Positions 39,202-48,355 of a stretch of DNA of 64,000 bases are shown piece after piece. A program made the position numbers and the translations under genes. This DNA comes from a virus. Where the stretch lies: IMG/VR virus record IMGVR_UViG_3300008262_000016. One strand, 5' to 3'. Numbering within the stretch: the stretch's first letter is position 1; each line of letters begins with the position of its first letter. The notes beneath the pieces were generated by a model. The model had not been told where the DNA came from. It saw nothing but the letters and a program-made list of their open reading frames with translations, and searched no databases.

Positions 39202-39951
39202 TTAAAATCTAGGTACTGATAAAGCAATAGGGTGTCTCTCAATATTCACCATCATTTGATCTAAGAGTTGAACATGAAGTGTTTCATTATCCCATGCGCC
39301 ATCACGATGATGCTTAGTCAAATCAAAAACTCTTTGGAAGACGGGAAAAACTCCCATACACACATCCATTATATCAGATCCACCGAAACAAATCCAGTCA
39401 TTAATATGTGGTGGTTGCTGCATTAAGGATGTGCAGTTGAGAGAACTTTGGTTATAGGTAGACAAATTTATTTTTGTATGGACATTTACATCTGTTCTTA
39501 TTTTAAATACCCAATCATACTTAAATCTATTTTTATATTCATGCTTTAGTTTGAGTCTATTAACTTCACTCATACTATAAAAGTTAGACAAAGTATTTTT
39601 AATTTGCCTTTCCTTATAGTTTGGTTCATTTAATGATCCTTTCCAATATCTGTTTTGAGATATTTCAAAGTCTTCTTCCATATATGGATCATAAAAATCA
39701 CAACTCTCTTCAACTATCATTTTAACAGGGTTGTATATTCTTTTAAAATCATCAATCGCGGTTTCAGAAATTCTCTGGTCTTTCCATCCACCAGATCCAC
39801 CATACTTATATGGTTTTGTTAAAAGATTTTCATCAAACCACAGATGCCCAAAAACATCAACAGAATAATTCCCAAATACATTTTCCAGGATACTAGGAGA
39901 ACACTCATTTACAAAACGAGGTTGCCCAGAAAAGCAAACCGCAACTTTCAT
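39202..39951 (-). CDS. putative glycosyltransferase
   Basis: MKVAVCFSGQPR, VDVF.H.W, YDWV.K.R.D, ND. Confidence 0.65.
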   Translation of the reverse strand: MKVAVCFSGQPRFVNECSPSILENVFGNYSVDVFGHLWFDENLLTKPYKYGGSGGWKDQRISETAIDDFKRIYNPVKMIVEESCDFYDPYMEEDFEISQNRYWKGSLNEPNYKERQIKNTLSNFYSMSEVNRLKLKHEYKNRFKYDWVFKIRTDVNVHTKINLSTYNQSSLNCTSLMQQPPHINDWICFGGSDIMDVCMGVFPVFQRVFDLTKHHRDGAWDNETLHVQLLDQMMVNIERHPIALSVPRF

Positions 39952-40754
39952 CGTATAAACTTTGGATAAGTTTCTCTATCTATACTATCTCTCGTAATGA
40001 GATAACTGGTTGATAATTTATTGATATAAAAATTATTGACTTCAAAGTGCTTACCCAATACTATCTCTTGAATGAAGTCAACTCCATAGATAAAGTAATA
40101 GGTGGATAAGAATAAGAAGCATTCTCCATACAAATCAAGGAGTTTTGATGATGAACAAGCAAAGTGATCATTAACAGTTAAATTAGTTCCTTTATGATAT
40201 GGTGCATCGAATATATTCATATAGGACATATTCAATGAGTTCAAATCTATTTGTTCGTTCAGATAAACATCAGGTCGTATTCGAATAACACAGTCATATT
40301 CAAATCCGTTGTTCTGTTCATATATCTTCTTCAGGTCAATCGCTTTATAAAAGGAGTAGAACTGAGATAAAAAGTTATAAGGAAAACTACTATAATATCC
40401 AAACTTTACAACTTCAAGATCTTTGTTAAAGTCAAAATTATTTTCCTTAGATGGTTTCTCAAAAAATTTTTTATCTTCTCCAGAAGACTTAAGATCATTT
40501 AGATACTGCTCTGGAGTTGTGTTGCAGTTTATAAATCCATAAGGATTTTTTTCAAATGCTTTCTGCTCTTCAACCAAGATTAACTTGGGACATATTGTGC
40601 TTTTTGAATAAAAGATTTCTTCAGAATATTCTGGAACGTTCCATGTATGAATGAAAAAGTCAACGTCATGACCCTTTAGCATTTGCTGTGATATGTTTGG
40701 GAATGTTTTTTGTATATTCCTCAGAAACCCACTATAACAAACTGCTACTCTCAT
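39948..40754 (-). CDS. putative glycosyltransferase, same family as 39202..39951
   Basis: MRVAVCYSG.LR, DFFIHTW, YDCVIRIRPD, NDHFA. Confidence 0.65.
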   Translation of the reverse strand: MRVAVCYSGFLRNIQKTFPNISQQMLKGHDVDFFIHTWNVPEYSEEIFYSKSTICPKLILVEEQKAFEKNPYGFINCNTTPEQYLNDLKSSGEDKKFFEKPSKENNFDFNKDLEVVKFGYYSSFPYNFLSQFYSFYKAIDLKKIYEQNNGFEYDCVIRIRPDVYLNEQIDLNSLNMSYMNIFDAPYHKGTNLTVNDHFACSSSKLLDLYGECFLFLSTYYFIYGVDFIQEIVLGKHFEVNNFYINKLSTSYLITRDSIDRETYPKFIR

Positions 40755-41207
40755 TTACCCCATTCTCCCAACATAGTCACTGCATATTCCATAACAGTCA
40801 TACTCACTAGCAGAAAATTTGAACGTTTCTGTATTTTCTGGTAAAACTACAATAGAGTTAGAACTGTGTGGTTGTCCAGGATAACTCCAGATATACCCCT
40901 TACTGGTAAGAGTATGATCATCTGTATCATGCCAGAAATAGTTGAAATCAGTATCACACTTTGAAAGAAATTCAAGAGAAGCAAAGTCTTTGCAATGTAT
41001 CCAAAGATTATTTTTTCTTTCTACCAACCATTCCATGAAGACATGGTACTGAGATTCGTCATGTCCAAGATAAAAATCATTAGATTCACATCTAAGATCA
41101 ATCTCAACATCGTAACCAAGATTTATAGCAGTATCAATATAATCTAGACTATTTTCTACTGAAGGATCTGGTCCATTCACATTTCCTCTATGTGCTATCA
41201 GTCTCAT
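40755..41207 (-). CDS. short glycerophosphodiester-phosphodiesterase-like protein
   Basis: LIAHRGN, EN, DVEID, GHD, WIHCK, GICSD. Confidence 0.75.
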   Translation of the reverse strand: MRLIAHRGNVNGPDPSVENSLDYIDTAINLGYDVEIDLRCESNDFYLGHDESQYHVFMEWLVERKNNLWIHCKDFASLEFLSKCDTDFNYFWHDTDDHTLTSKGYIWSYPGQPHSSNSIVVLPENTETFKFSASEYDCYGICSDYVGRMG

Positions 41208-42574
41208 GGATTGTAATGCTCCAAGAAGTAGTTAAGGTCTTCTGGAGTTCCAATACCCCACATCCTTTCAATCTCCTTAACTCTCACCTTCTTATTATCA
41301 AGAATAGCCTCATTAAATGCTGGGCAGATATAAAACTCATTATTAGTTCTAATATCTTTCTCAATCATCTGCTCTGCGTACTTAACATAATCAGAACCTT
41401 TCTTCCAGAAGTAGACGCCAACAGTAGCATCATTACTGATAGGTTTCTTCTCAGCAACTTCAGATACGAAACCATCTTCACCAACTTTTGCATAAGACCA
41501 CTTTGGATGAGTTGCCTTAAAGGTTAGAATTCCAGCATCAATACCATCTGCATTAAATGCATACAAACATTCATTACTGTTCCACTCCATGAATTGGTCG
41601 GAGTTTGCTAGTAGCAGCGGATGGTCGTTATCAATATATTCTTTTGCTAAAAGTGTCGTGCAAGCAGAACCTTCTGTAAGACCATCTACCTGAACAATGT
41701 TACATCCAGGTACAATCAGCGTCAGTAGATACTGTAGACTATACTTCTCATAGTGCTCTTTACGAACAACGAAAGTATAGTTTGCATCAATATTCAAGTT
41801 TTCAATAACAACCTGAATCATTGGTTTCCCATTGACCTCAATCAAAGGTTTGGGGAATGTATATCCAGCAGAAGAGAATCTATTGCCTGCACCAGCCATG
41901 GGAATAAGAACATTCATTTTTTCAGACTTCCAAGGAATATGTGATACTTTTTGAGATGAGAATATTTTAAATACTTTATCAATTTTACTCTGGTTAAGGT
42001 CATACCTATTTTCAATAGGTACAAGGTGTGAACCACTATCTAAAGCACCTTGTCTACCAATATGACTATCTTCGAAGATTACTGTATCCTTAGGAAGGGC
42101 ATTACATGCAGTCATACACTTCCAGTACATTTCTGGAAATGGTTTGTTCTTGACTACATCTTCATTACTCACATAGTAATCAATGAACTCTAGAAGTCCA
42201 AGTTTAAGGAGAACTAGTTTAACAGTATTGCGAATACTATTACTAGCAACAGCAACTTGATAGTCTTTACTTTTGAGTTGTTGGAAGTAGTGCATCAACT
42301 CATAATCATGCTCAAGATGTGAGAAGATTTCAAGAGTTGCTTTTTGCTTATCTTCCCAAACCTGCTGATGCTTTTCTACAGGAAGATCTTTACTTTCAGT
42401 CAACATCGCCAACTTTCTAGAAGTTGGAAGTCCATCATAGGAACTTAGATGCTCATCTTTACTTATTTTATATTTTGGATCTACTTTTTCGAGAGCACAA
42501 TTAAGTGCTTCGTAATGCATATCTCTACTATCAATCAATACACCATCAAGATCAAAAATTACAAGTTTATTCAT
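41204..42574 (-). CDS. HAD phosphatase fused to a nucleotidyltransferase
   Basis: FDLDGVLIDS, KP.P, FEDS; IPMAGAG.RF...PKPLI. Confidence 0.88.
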   Translation of the reverse strand: MNKLVIFDLDGVLIDSRDMHYEALNCALEKVDPKYKISKDEHLSSYDGLPTSRKLAMLTESKDLPVEKHQQVWEDKQKATLEIFSHLEHDYELMHYFQQLKSKDYQVAVASNSIRNTVKLVLLKLGLLEFIDYYVSNEDVVKNKPFPEMYWKCMTACNALPKDTVIFEDSHIGRQGALDSGSHLVPIENRYDLNQSKIDKVFKIFSSQKVSHIPWKSEKMNVLIPMAGAGNRFSSAGYTFPKPLIEVNGKPMIQVVIENLNIDANYTFVVRKEHYEKYSLQYLLTLIVPGCNIVQVDGLTEGSACTTLLAKEYIDNDHPLLLANSDQFMEWNSNECLYAFNADGIDAGILTFKATHPKWSYAKVGEDGFVSEVAEKKPISNDATVGVYFWKKGSDYVKYAEQMIEKDIRTNNEFYICPAFNEAILDNKKVRVKEIERMWGIGTPEDLNYFLEHYNP

Positions 42575-43269
42575 GGCTTAACAACATATGCAGATGGGGC
42601 AAAAAAGTTTAATGAATTAATTTTAACATCATGATCGGAGAAAAACTTATCAACTCCTTTCGACTCAGACCAGTTATGATAAGCGTATTCATCAAAGACT
42701 ACTATTCCACCACTACTTACTCTATCCCATAAAGAAACTAAAGTATTGTATGTTGGTACTTCCAAATCCAAATCAAGGTATAGCAATGAAATTTTTGCAC
42801 CTGGTCTATTCTCTACATATTCTACTACAGTTTTAGAAATATCACCAGGTATTAACTCATATTCATGATCCTGAAAACCAGAAGAACGAATACTGAGATC
42901 TAGTTTTTGTTTAAAGTCTGAGTCATGCTCAAAATTTCTACCATCAAACAAAGTCTTCATGGCAGTTTGATCTTGATTCTTTAGAGTAGATGTAAGTTCA
43001 TCAGAATTAAAAAAGTCAAATCCAATTACCTTTTTATAAGTATTTGGACAAAAATATCTTTTCAATTTAAGAAAAGTAAAAAGACCAGTTCCTTTAAAAA
43101 CACCACACTCTACAATATCTCCAGGAACATCCTTGACTTTTTCAAATAATTGTGTTCTAGCTAAAAGTTTTCCAAACACTTTCAAGTCAGAACTAATCAT
43201 GAAAGTATTAAAACTATCATAAAAGTTTTGGTCAAGTGCAGTAACAAGTTCTAAATCTTTAAGGTTCAT
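42571..43269 (-). CDS. TylF/MycF-family sugar O-methyltransferase
   Basis: PGDIVECGVFKG, GFD.F, LYLD.DL, GGIVVFDEY. Confidence 0.85.
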   Translation of the reverse strand: MNLKDLELVTALDQNFYDSFNTFMISSDLKVFGKLLARTQLFEKVKDVPGDIVECGVFKGTGLFTFLKLKRYFCPNTYKKVIGFDFFNSDELTSTLKNQDQTAMKTLFDGRNFEHDSDFKQKLDLSIRSSGFQDHEYELIPGDISKTVVEYVENRPGAKISLLYLDLDLEVPTYNTLVSLWDRVSSGGIVVFDEYAYHNWSESKGVDKFFSDHDVKINSLNFFAPSAYVVKP

Positions 43270-43275
43270 TTTATA

Positions 43276-44001
43276 CTATTGGTGATACTTAGAGTTTTCT
43301 TTTGCAAGGTGAACTATTTTTGGTTCAAAATTACAATATTCTGAAAATAGTTCTGGGTAAGCAAATGATGGACTAAGGATATGGACATCATCTACTCTTT
43401 CGGAATAAAATTTATTGAGATGACTCTCATCGTGCCAGACTGCTATTACATTCCTTAAAAGATCATCTTCAGTTCTTTTTTGAAGTTCTTTCATCATATC
43501 TATCACATCTGGAACTCTGCCTCCCCACAAACATCCTTGAAAATAAGTAGTTGTATCATCTTCATCTGTAATACATGCCGATGAATCTGAATTAGTTTCA
43601 AATGCTCCTGGAAACTTTGTATGTGGATTCATTCCCAGAAAATGACAAGGGTGATGAACACCAATATAAGGTTTATCAGTTAATATCTCTTCTGGTTTTA
43701 CAGTGTCCACCAAACGCATATCGGCATCAAGGAATAGAAGATAATCATACTTACAAATGTCCTCATACGCTTTCAGAATAGTAGAAAATCTGTAGAGTGT
43801 AATATATGGCCAAGGAAGGTGCTCCTGATGATAAAGTGAAATATTATCAGGAAGTTCATCTAACTCACCATCCGTAAAAACAAAGTATTGCTTCTTATGT
43901 CCTGGTAGAAGATACTCTTCACAAGATTCATACCATGATGGGAGAAAGTTTAGATACTTGTTAGTCCCAATAAAAACAACTGCTAAGTCTGCAAGTTTCA
44001 T
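43276..44001 (-). CDS. glycosyltransferase family 6 (ABO-like)
   Basis: FIGTNKY, YFVFTD, WPYITL.RF, FLDAD, HP, WHDESHLNK, K...Y. Confidence 0.88.
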   Translation of the reverse strand: MKLADLAVVFIGTNKYLNFLPSWYESCEEYLLPGHKKQYFVFTDGELDELPDNISLYHQEHLPWPYITLYRFSTILKAYEDICKYDYLLFLDADMRLVDTVKPEEILTDKPYIGVHHPCHFLGMNPHTKFPGAFETNSDSSACITDEDDTTTYFQGCLWGGRVPDVIDMMKELQKRTEDDLLRNVIAVWHDESHLNKFYSERVDDVHILSPSFAYPELFSEYCNFEPKIVHLAKENSKYHQ

Positions 44002-44798
44002 TAAATTACCTCCCAAGTTTCGGGATATAGATCTTTAGTGTCCTTATCATTTGAAGGAAACCATTTCTTTGGTGCAATAACTTTTCCCCTATTTCCCAAC
44101 CACGCTGCCCACCAAGAGAATGAAGAGTTAGCAATAATATATCCACTACACATACTCATTAAACACATATCAATATATCCATTCTCATTCTCAGAAACCA
44201 TAAAACGGTCATCTGCAAATATTTCTTGTTCCATACACCATTGTGGTTCATCCGAAAACACAATGACCTGAGCATCATCAGGGAACTTCATCAATGCCTT
44301 TTTATAATATTCAATATCAAGAGCACAATGGTTTGGGTTGGTCAGATAGTCTTTTCTACGGATATGGAGACCAACTGCCTGCCCAATGCCTTCCATCATA
44401 TCTGCACAAGGTTCAAGTATTTCACTCTTAAATGTGAAGTCCTTGCGAATAGTATCTTCTACATTCTTAAAATACTTTTCAGACTGAAAGAACCCATATA
44501 AACTAATCCAGTCAAAAGAGTTAGAGAATAGTTCTTGGTTGAAGTTGAATGTATTTTCACCAATAATAGGTCTATCAATATCAATCATTTGAATATTCAA
44601 TGGAGTTACCGTCTCCATTGTGAAGCAGTCAAATAGTTCTGTTCTGTTTGGATTTCCCAGACCATCATCAACTGCTTCTTTATAAAGTGGAAGGCAATAG
44701 TTGACTTCCTGCTTAGCAGCAATACCGCGTAGAGCAGCATATTGAAACATTTGGTTTCCCAAGCGTCCAAGTCTTCCTAAGTGATTAAAACCAATCAT
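44001..44798 (-). CDS. glycosyltransferase family 11 (alpha-1,2-fucosyltransferase-like)
   Basis: GRLGNQMFQYA, GFFQSEKYF, HIRR.DY, FSD, IIANSSFSWWAAWL. Confidence 0.92.
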   Translation of the reverse strand: MIGFNHLGRLGRLGNQMFQYAALRGIAAKQEVNYCLPLYKEAVDDGLGNPNRTELFDCFTMETVTPLNIQMIDIDRPIIGENTFNFNQELFSNSFDWISLYGFFQSEKYFKNVEDTIRKDFTFKSEILEPCADMMEGIGQAVGLHIRRKDYLTNPNHCALDIEYYKKALMKFPDDAQVIVFSDEPQWCMEQEIFADDRFMVSENENGYIDMCLMSMCSGYIIANSSFSWWAAWLGNRGKVIAPKKWFPSNDKDTKDLYPETWEVI

Positions 44799-44822
44799 TA
44801 TACCTTTTTTTATTATTATACT

Positions 44823-44851
44823 AAAAAAGGACGACTCGCGCAAGCCGTCCT
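44823..44851 (-). terminator. intrinsic terminator after the wcaG RNA
   Basis: GGACGGCTTGCGCGAGTCGTCC followed by T6. Confidence 0.7.
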
Positions 44852-44854
44852 CAT

Positions 44855-44935
44855 TAGGTCTTTACATGCACGCCACTTGCTCTTTGTCCAGAAGCAAGAA
44901 ACTGGGCGGGGTATACCCCATCCGCACCAGGGTTT
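44855..44935 (-). ncRNA. wcaG RNA motif
   Basis: CTGGTGCGGA, hairpin, CCAGTTTCTTGCTTCTGG..AGCAAGTGGCG; upstream of the glycosyltransferase island. Confidence 0.75.
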
Positions 44936-44980
44936 TTATCGTGTCTCCATCACGGGCATATTGGGGATTGACTCCACCAC

Positions 44981-45214
44981 CTAGTTTGAATTAACTAGGA
45001 AAAGTTGGACTAGTTTTGGTATCTCAATAGCGGCATAAAAACCACACAAGAAAAGAATATCCCAGAACTTATATTTGATAGCAAAGGGAACGACAAAGAC
45101 ATTCCCAATACATTTTACAAATAGTCCGATTTTCATATCTCCCCATAACAGGAAAAAATAACCAGATAAGAGGAGGATATTACCAATGTATCTGAATACA
45201 TTAGACTTAGACAT
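44981..45214 (-). CDS. 77-aa multi-TM membrane protein
   Basis: MSKSNVFRYIGNILLLSGYFFLLWGD...; start taken at 45214. Confidence 0.6.
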   Translation of the reverse strand: MSKSNVFRYIGNILLLSGYFFLLWGDMKIGLFVKCIGNVFVVPFAIKYKFWDILFLCGFYAAIEIPKLVQLFLVNSN

Positions 45215-45240
45215 AAGGGGTTTGCTCCCGACCAGTACTT

Positions 45241-45504
45241 TTAAAGACTCTCCGTGTCTTCGTCGTCTTTCACATATGCAGGAACCATATCTGGGTCTAA
45301 CCAACAAGTATAATCGTGGTCATCCATAGCGGTCATAAGTTGCATTTCATTGTCGCAAAGATACATATCACGGTAACGACCAGTATATGCGTCTACTTTT
45401 TGAATGCGACAATCAGGTTTTCCATTGATTTCCAAAGTACCGACCTGAACATAACGATAAGGAAACCGCTCAAGAAGAACAGTAGGTTTTTTGACGACTT
45501 TCAT
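45241..45504 (-). CDS. conserved cyanophage protein
   Basis: LLERFPYRYVQVG....NGKPDCRIQK...YLCDNEMQ. Confidence 0.7.
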   Translation of the reverse strand: MKVVKKPTVLLERFPYRYVQVGTLEINGKPDCRIQKVDAYTGRYRDMYLCDNEMQLMTAMDDHDYTCWLDPDMVPAYVKDDEDTESL

Positions 45505-45719
45505 CAGGCAACCTCAATCGTTTCAAGATCCTGATAGAGATAATCCATCAGCATTTCATAGTCATCAAGGGGATCTCCAGAAAACACGACACCATTATTT
45601 TCATAATAGCGGCGAACTTTCTTATAAAGTTTCGGACTCTTTACATCAAGGTAGATATCCCCGTTAGCAGCAGAACGCAAAGTGCTAACATCTTTCTTGA
45701 ATTTTTCGATCAGAGACAT
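45504..45719 (-). CDS. conserved cyanophage protein
   Basis: LDVKSPKLYKKVRRYY...GVVFSGDPLDDY; upstream TTGACT-N17-TATAAT (45743-45771). Confidence 0.7.
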   Translation of the reverse strand: MSLIEKFKKDVSTLRSAANGDIYLDVKSPKLYKKVRRYYENNGVVFSGDPLDDYEMLMDYLYQDLETIEVA

Positions 45720-45794
45720 TGTTGTGTAATGAATACCTGAGTATTATAAGTGTTTGACTTTATATAGTCAAGGTGCCAGTGTTTAAACTGGCTA

Positions 45795-45868
45795 TCCGAG
45801 ATGCAGGATTCGAACCTGCGACCCCTTCAGCCCAAGTGAAGTGCGCTACCAAACTGCGCTAATCCCGG
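45795..45868 (-). tRNA. tRNA-Pro(UGG)
   Basis: Cloverleaf; anticodon stem CTTCA/TGAAG, loop CTTGGGC; GGTTCGAATCC; promoter TTGACA-N17-TATAAT upstream. Confidence 0.92.
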
Positions 45869-46062
45869 TTGCGTTGAGTGGTCTTGCCTCTCAACAGAAG
45901 TAATTATACTACTTCTTGTGCCCTTTGTCAAATGGAGCCCAGTGTTGCCAGTCGTATTTGTGGACTGCCCAGATGCCCAAGATAGGCACAAAGACCATTA
46001 TGTAACAAATGAATCCAAGAAATAAATCATTGTTGAGTGCTGCTGCTGCGAAATGTCCCATA

Positions 46063-46338
46063 TTAATCCCATTCCTCGTAATATCTTCTAAAGTAAGAAT
46101 CTACTTTTTTTAAATCATCTAGGTGGATATTACATGTATAGTTATTATCATCACACCATTGTAGAGCCATCCAATGAAAGTTTTCCTCTCTCATCACTCT
46201 TTCCACACCATAACTTCTAGCAAAAGAAGACATAACGAAGTTCCAACACTGACTAGTGTGCTGTTCCATTTCCTTTATAATCCTCTGAGTCGTAATAACT
46301 CCCTTTCTTTGATCCAACATATAAAGTAGCAACCACAA
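46063..46338 (-). CDS. hypothetical protein
   Basis: ORF track; likely start MEQHTSQ. Confidence 0.45.
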   Translation of the reverse strand: MWLLLYMLDQRKGVITTQRIIKEMEQHTSQCWNFVMSSFARSYGVERVMREENFHWMALQWCDDNNYTCNIHLDDLKKVDSYFRRYYEEWD

Positions 46339-46495
46339 AAGGGATTGCTAATACAACAAGAAACCTTCCTAATAAATGGGGCATTACATTCCTCCGTTTC
46401 TAAATCCAACTAGGTATCCAATAATAAGTCCACACATAAATGCTACAAACATATAGAGCATATGTGAGAAAAAGTCAATGAAAATAAACCACTCT

Positions 46496-46681
46496 TCAGT
46501 CGTCATCTTGGTTCATTAACTCCTCTATTCGTTTTCTCATATTGGTCATTTTTTGTTTCTCGTGGTCCATATGAGTATATCCACGATGCCCTTTCATTAT
46601 CATTGTGCCTTGATAGAACATCGTGGCAGCAAAGATAAGAAGCAGAACTATACCTATTATTTCAGGGTAATGTTGAGCCAT
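46496..46681 (-). CDS. small membrane protein
   Basis: TM helix then GHRGY.H. Confidence 0.55.
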   Translation of the reverse strand: MAQHYPEIIGIVLLLIFAATMFYQGTMIMKGHRGYTHMDHEKQKMTNMRKRIEELMNQDDD

Positions 46682-46860
46682 GGTAGTAAGGGTGGAATGA
46701 CGCCTATAAGCCTTAGCAGTCCTTCAGCAAATAAAGCAAGGACAACCCAACCAACGCACATAGAAATAATGGAAGCATTTCGATTGTGCCTTCGTATAGC
46801 AGCATCAATCATCTCCTGGCATTCAGAGCGAGTGATTAACTCTTCTTGTTCGTGTATCAT
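46657..46860 (-). CDS. small membrane protein
   Basis: ECQEMIDAAIRRHNRNASIISMCVGWVVLALFAEGLLRL. Confidence 0.6.
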   Translation of the reverse strand: MIHEQEELITRSECQEMIDAAIRRHNRNASIISMCVGWVVLALFAEGLLRLIGVIPPLLPWLNITLK

Positions 46861-47054
46861 TTTTCATCACCAAGAAACTTCGCCAGAGGGTCTCTTCTGG
46901 TCTTTACAATTTCTACTGCTCTCTTGTAGAACATATTGTCTGTGTTACCAGACTCTTCGAAGGTCGCCTTGATCTTCACCCAATTCTCGTAGGTGTGCTG
47001 ATCCATACGGGTTTTAAATTGAATACTACTAGCTATAATAGCAAGTAGTTTCAA
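46857..47054 (-). CDS. small conserved cyanophage protein
   Basis: MDQHTYENWVKIKATFEESGNTDNMFYKRA; likely start at the second Met. Confidence 0.6.
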   Translation of the reverse strand: MKLLAIIASSIQFKTRMDQHTYENWVKIKATFEESGNTDNMFYKRAVEIVKTRRDPLAKFLGDEK

Positions 47055-47115
47055 CCCGTCAACTTTGTGTTGATTTCAAAAAAGTGTTGAAGAAATTATT
47101 AAATCTTAAATAAAA

Positions 47116-47200
47116 CGGAGAGAGTAGGATTCGAACCAACGGAAGCTTTCACTTCGGCAGTTTTCAAGACTGCTGCCTTAAACCACTCGGCCATCTCTCC
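47116..47200 (-). tRNA. tRNA-Ser(UGA)
   Basis: GGAGAGATGGCCGAGTGG..., loop CTTGAAA, long variable arm. Confidence 0.95.
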
Positions 47201-47206
47201 AAATTT

Positions 47207-47464
47207 TCAGCGAACTTCAAAGTCCAGTTTACGAACCTTGCGTTGCTTTCTTTGTTCTTGCCACAGGATATCTTCTTGTGTAAGAACACCCTTTTTATTT
47301 TTGGGTTGATAAGAGTTTAGCATAATAACATTAGATAAGTCAAGTGCTGAAATCTTATCACCACGAATAGTCGCCATATTAGGGCAACCACAAGTCACCG
47401 TTTTATTCTGATGCCCCTCTAACTCCTTACCACAGGAGCGGCATCTTATCTTAATGTTATCCAT
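47207..47464 (-). CDS. small Zn-ribbon protein
   Basis: CRSCG...CGCPN; C-terminal RKVRKLDFEVR. Confidence 0.65.
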   Translation of the reverse strand: MDNIKIRCRSCGKELEGHQNKTVTCGCPNMATIRGDKISALDLSNVIMLNSYQPKNKKGVLTQEDILWQEQRKQRKVRKLDFEVR

Positions 47465-47487
47465 TATAAGTTAACTGTATTCAGTTT

Positions 47488-48024
47488 TCAGTTATTTATA
47501 TGAAACTTCGGATGTTGCTTGTCCTTACTATAACGCCCACCTTTACTCTTCTGGGGCGGTAAAGTTTTTTGTGCGTGACAATTAGGACAGACCACTTGTA
47601 GGTTTTCAGGAGAATGGTTAAAAGGGTCGTCGTCTATGTGGTCCACCTCAAGGCAGATTCGTCCTGTATGGATGTTTGTGCCAGACCAACCACAAAGAGA
47701 ACACTTACCCCCGCTCGCTTCCAGTAGATAGTTTCTTATGTATCCTGGCGTATCCCCCCTATCAGTTGATAATGCGTTGCCCGCCAACCAGTTCTCTACT
47801 TTTAGTTTCTTCCTACCAGCGGCACTACACTCATTGGAGCAAAACTTACCAGTGCTCTTCTTGGTCTGGTAGTCAAACTCCACACCACAGTGTTGGCAAG
47901 TGGCAGTCTTCCAGGCGGTTCTCTTACGCTTGGGCGTATTTTTGTTATTATAAATGGCGGCACAGGATCGGGAGCAGAACTTAGGTTTATCGTGCTCGCA
48001 TCCGCAGTTTAGACAACTATTCAT
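47488..48024 (-). CDS. HNH homing endonuclease with N-terminal Zn modules, within the tRNA region
   Basis: KFCS..C repeats; CSLCG...LEVDHID....N...ENLQVVCPNCH; TATAAATA at 48047-48054. Confidence 0.88.
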   Translation of the reverse strand: MNSCLNCGCEHDKPKFCSRSCAAIYNNKNTPKRKRTAWKTATCQHCGVEFDYQTKKSTGKFCSNECSAAGRKKLKVENWLAGNALSTDRGDTPGYIRNYLLEASGGKCSLCGWSGTNIHTGRICLEVDHIDDDPFNHSPENLQVVCPNCHAQKTLPPQKSKGGRYSKDKQHPKFHINN

Positions 48025-48098
48025 AATAGAAACAAAGACCTATTATTATTTATAACATAAGTCTCCGTTTCTATTAAGTTGTCAGTAAACTCTAATAA

Positions 48099-48171
48099 TG
48101 CCCGATACAGGTAACGCTCCCGTCAATGTCTGAGTGTAAATCAGGTCCCTTCACTTGCTGGGTCATCGGGC
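48099..48171 (-). tRNA. tRNA-Val(UAC) with atypical D- and T-loops
   Basis: Acceptor GCCCGAT/ATCGGGC, anticodon loop TTTACAC, T-loop AGCGTTA. Confidence 0.7.
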
Positions 48172-48193
48172 AGGTCTATTACACCTGAGTGTA

Positions 48194-48355
48194 TCAACAT
48201 TGTAGCATATACTCTACAGTTTTGGCAACATCTTCCATAGCCAGTCTCAAATCTTCCCTCTGCCCAGATTCTTGTCTGCAGATAGGGCGTCGGTCATCAA
48301 CAAGAGTCCAACGCCATTGATTCATATCAGCACAATACCACAGATTAATTTTCAT
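48194..48355 (-). CDS. small conserved cyanophage protein (53 aa)
   Basis: MKINLWYCADMNQWRWTL...QESGQ..DLR.AM.DVA.TVEY. Confidence 0.6.
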   Translation of the reverse strand: MKINLWYCADMNQWRWTLVDDRRPICRQESGQREDLRLAMEDVAKTVEYMLQC

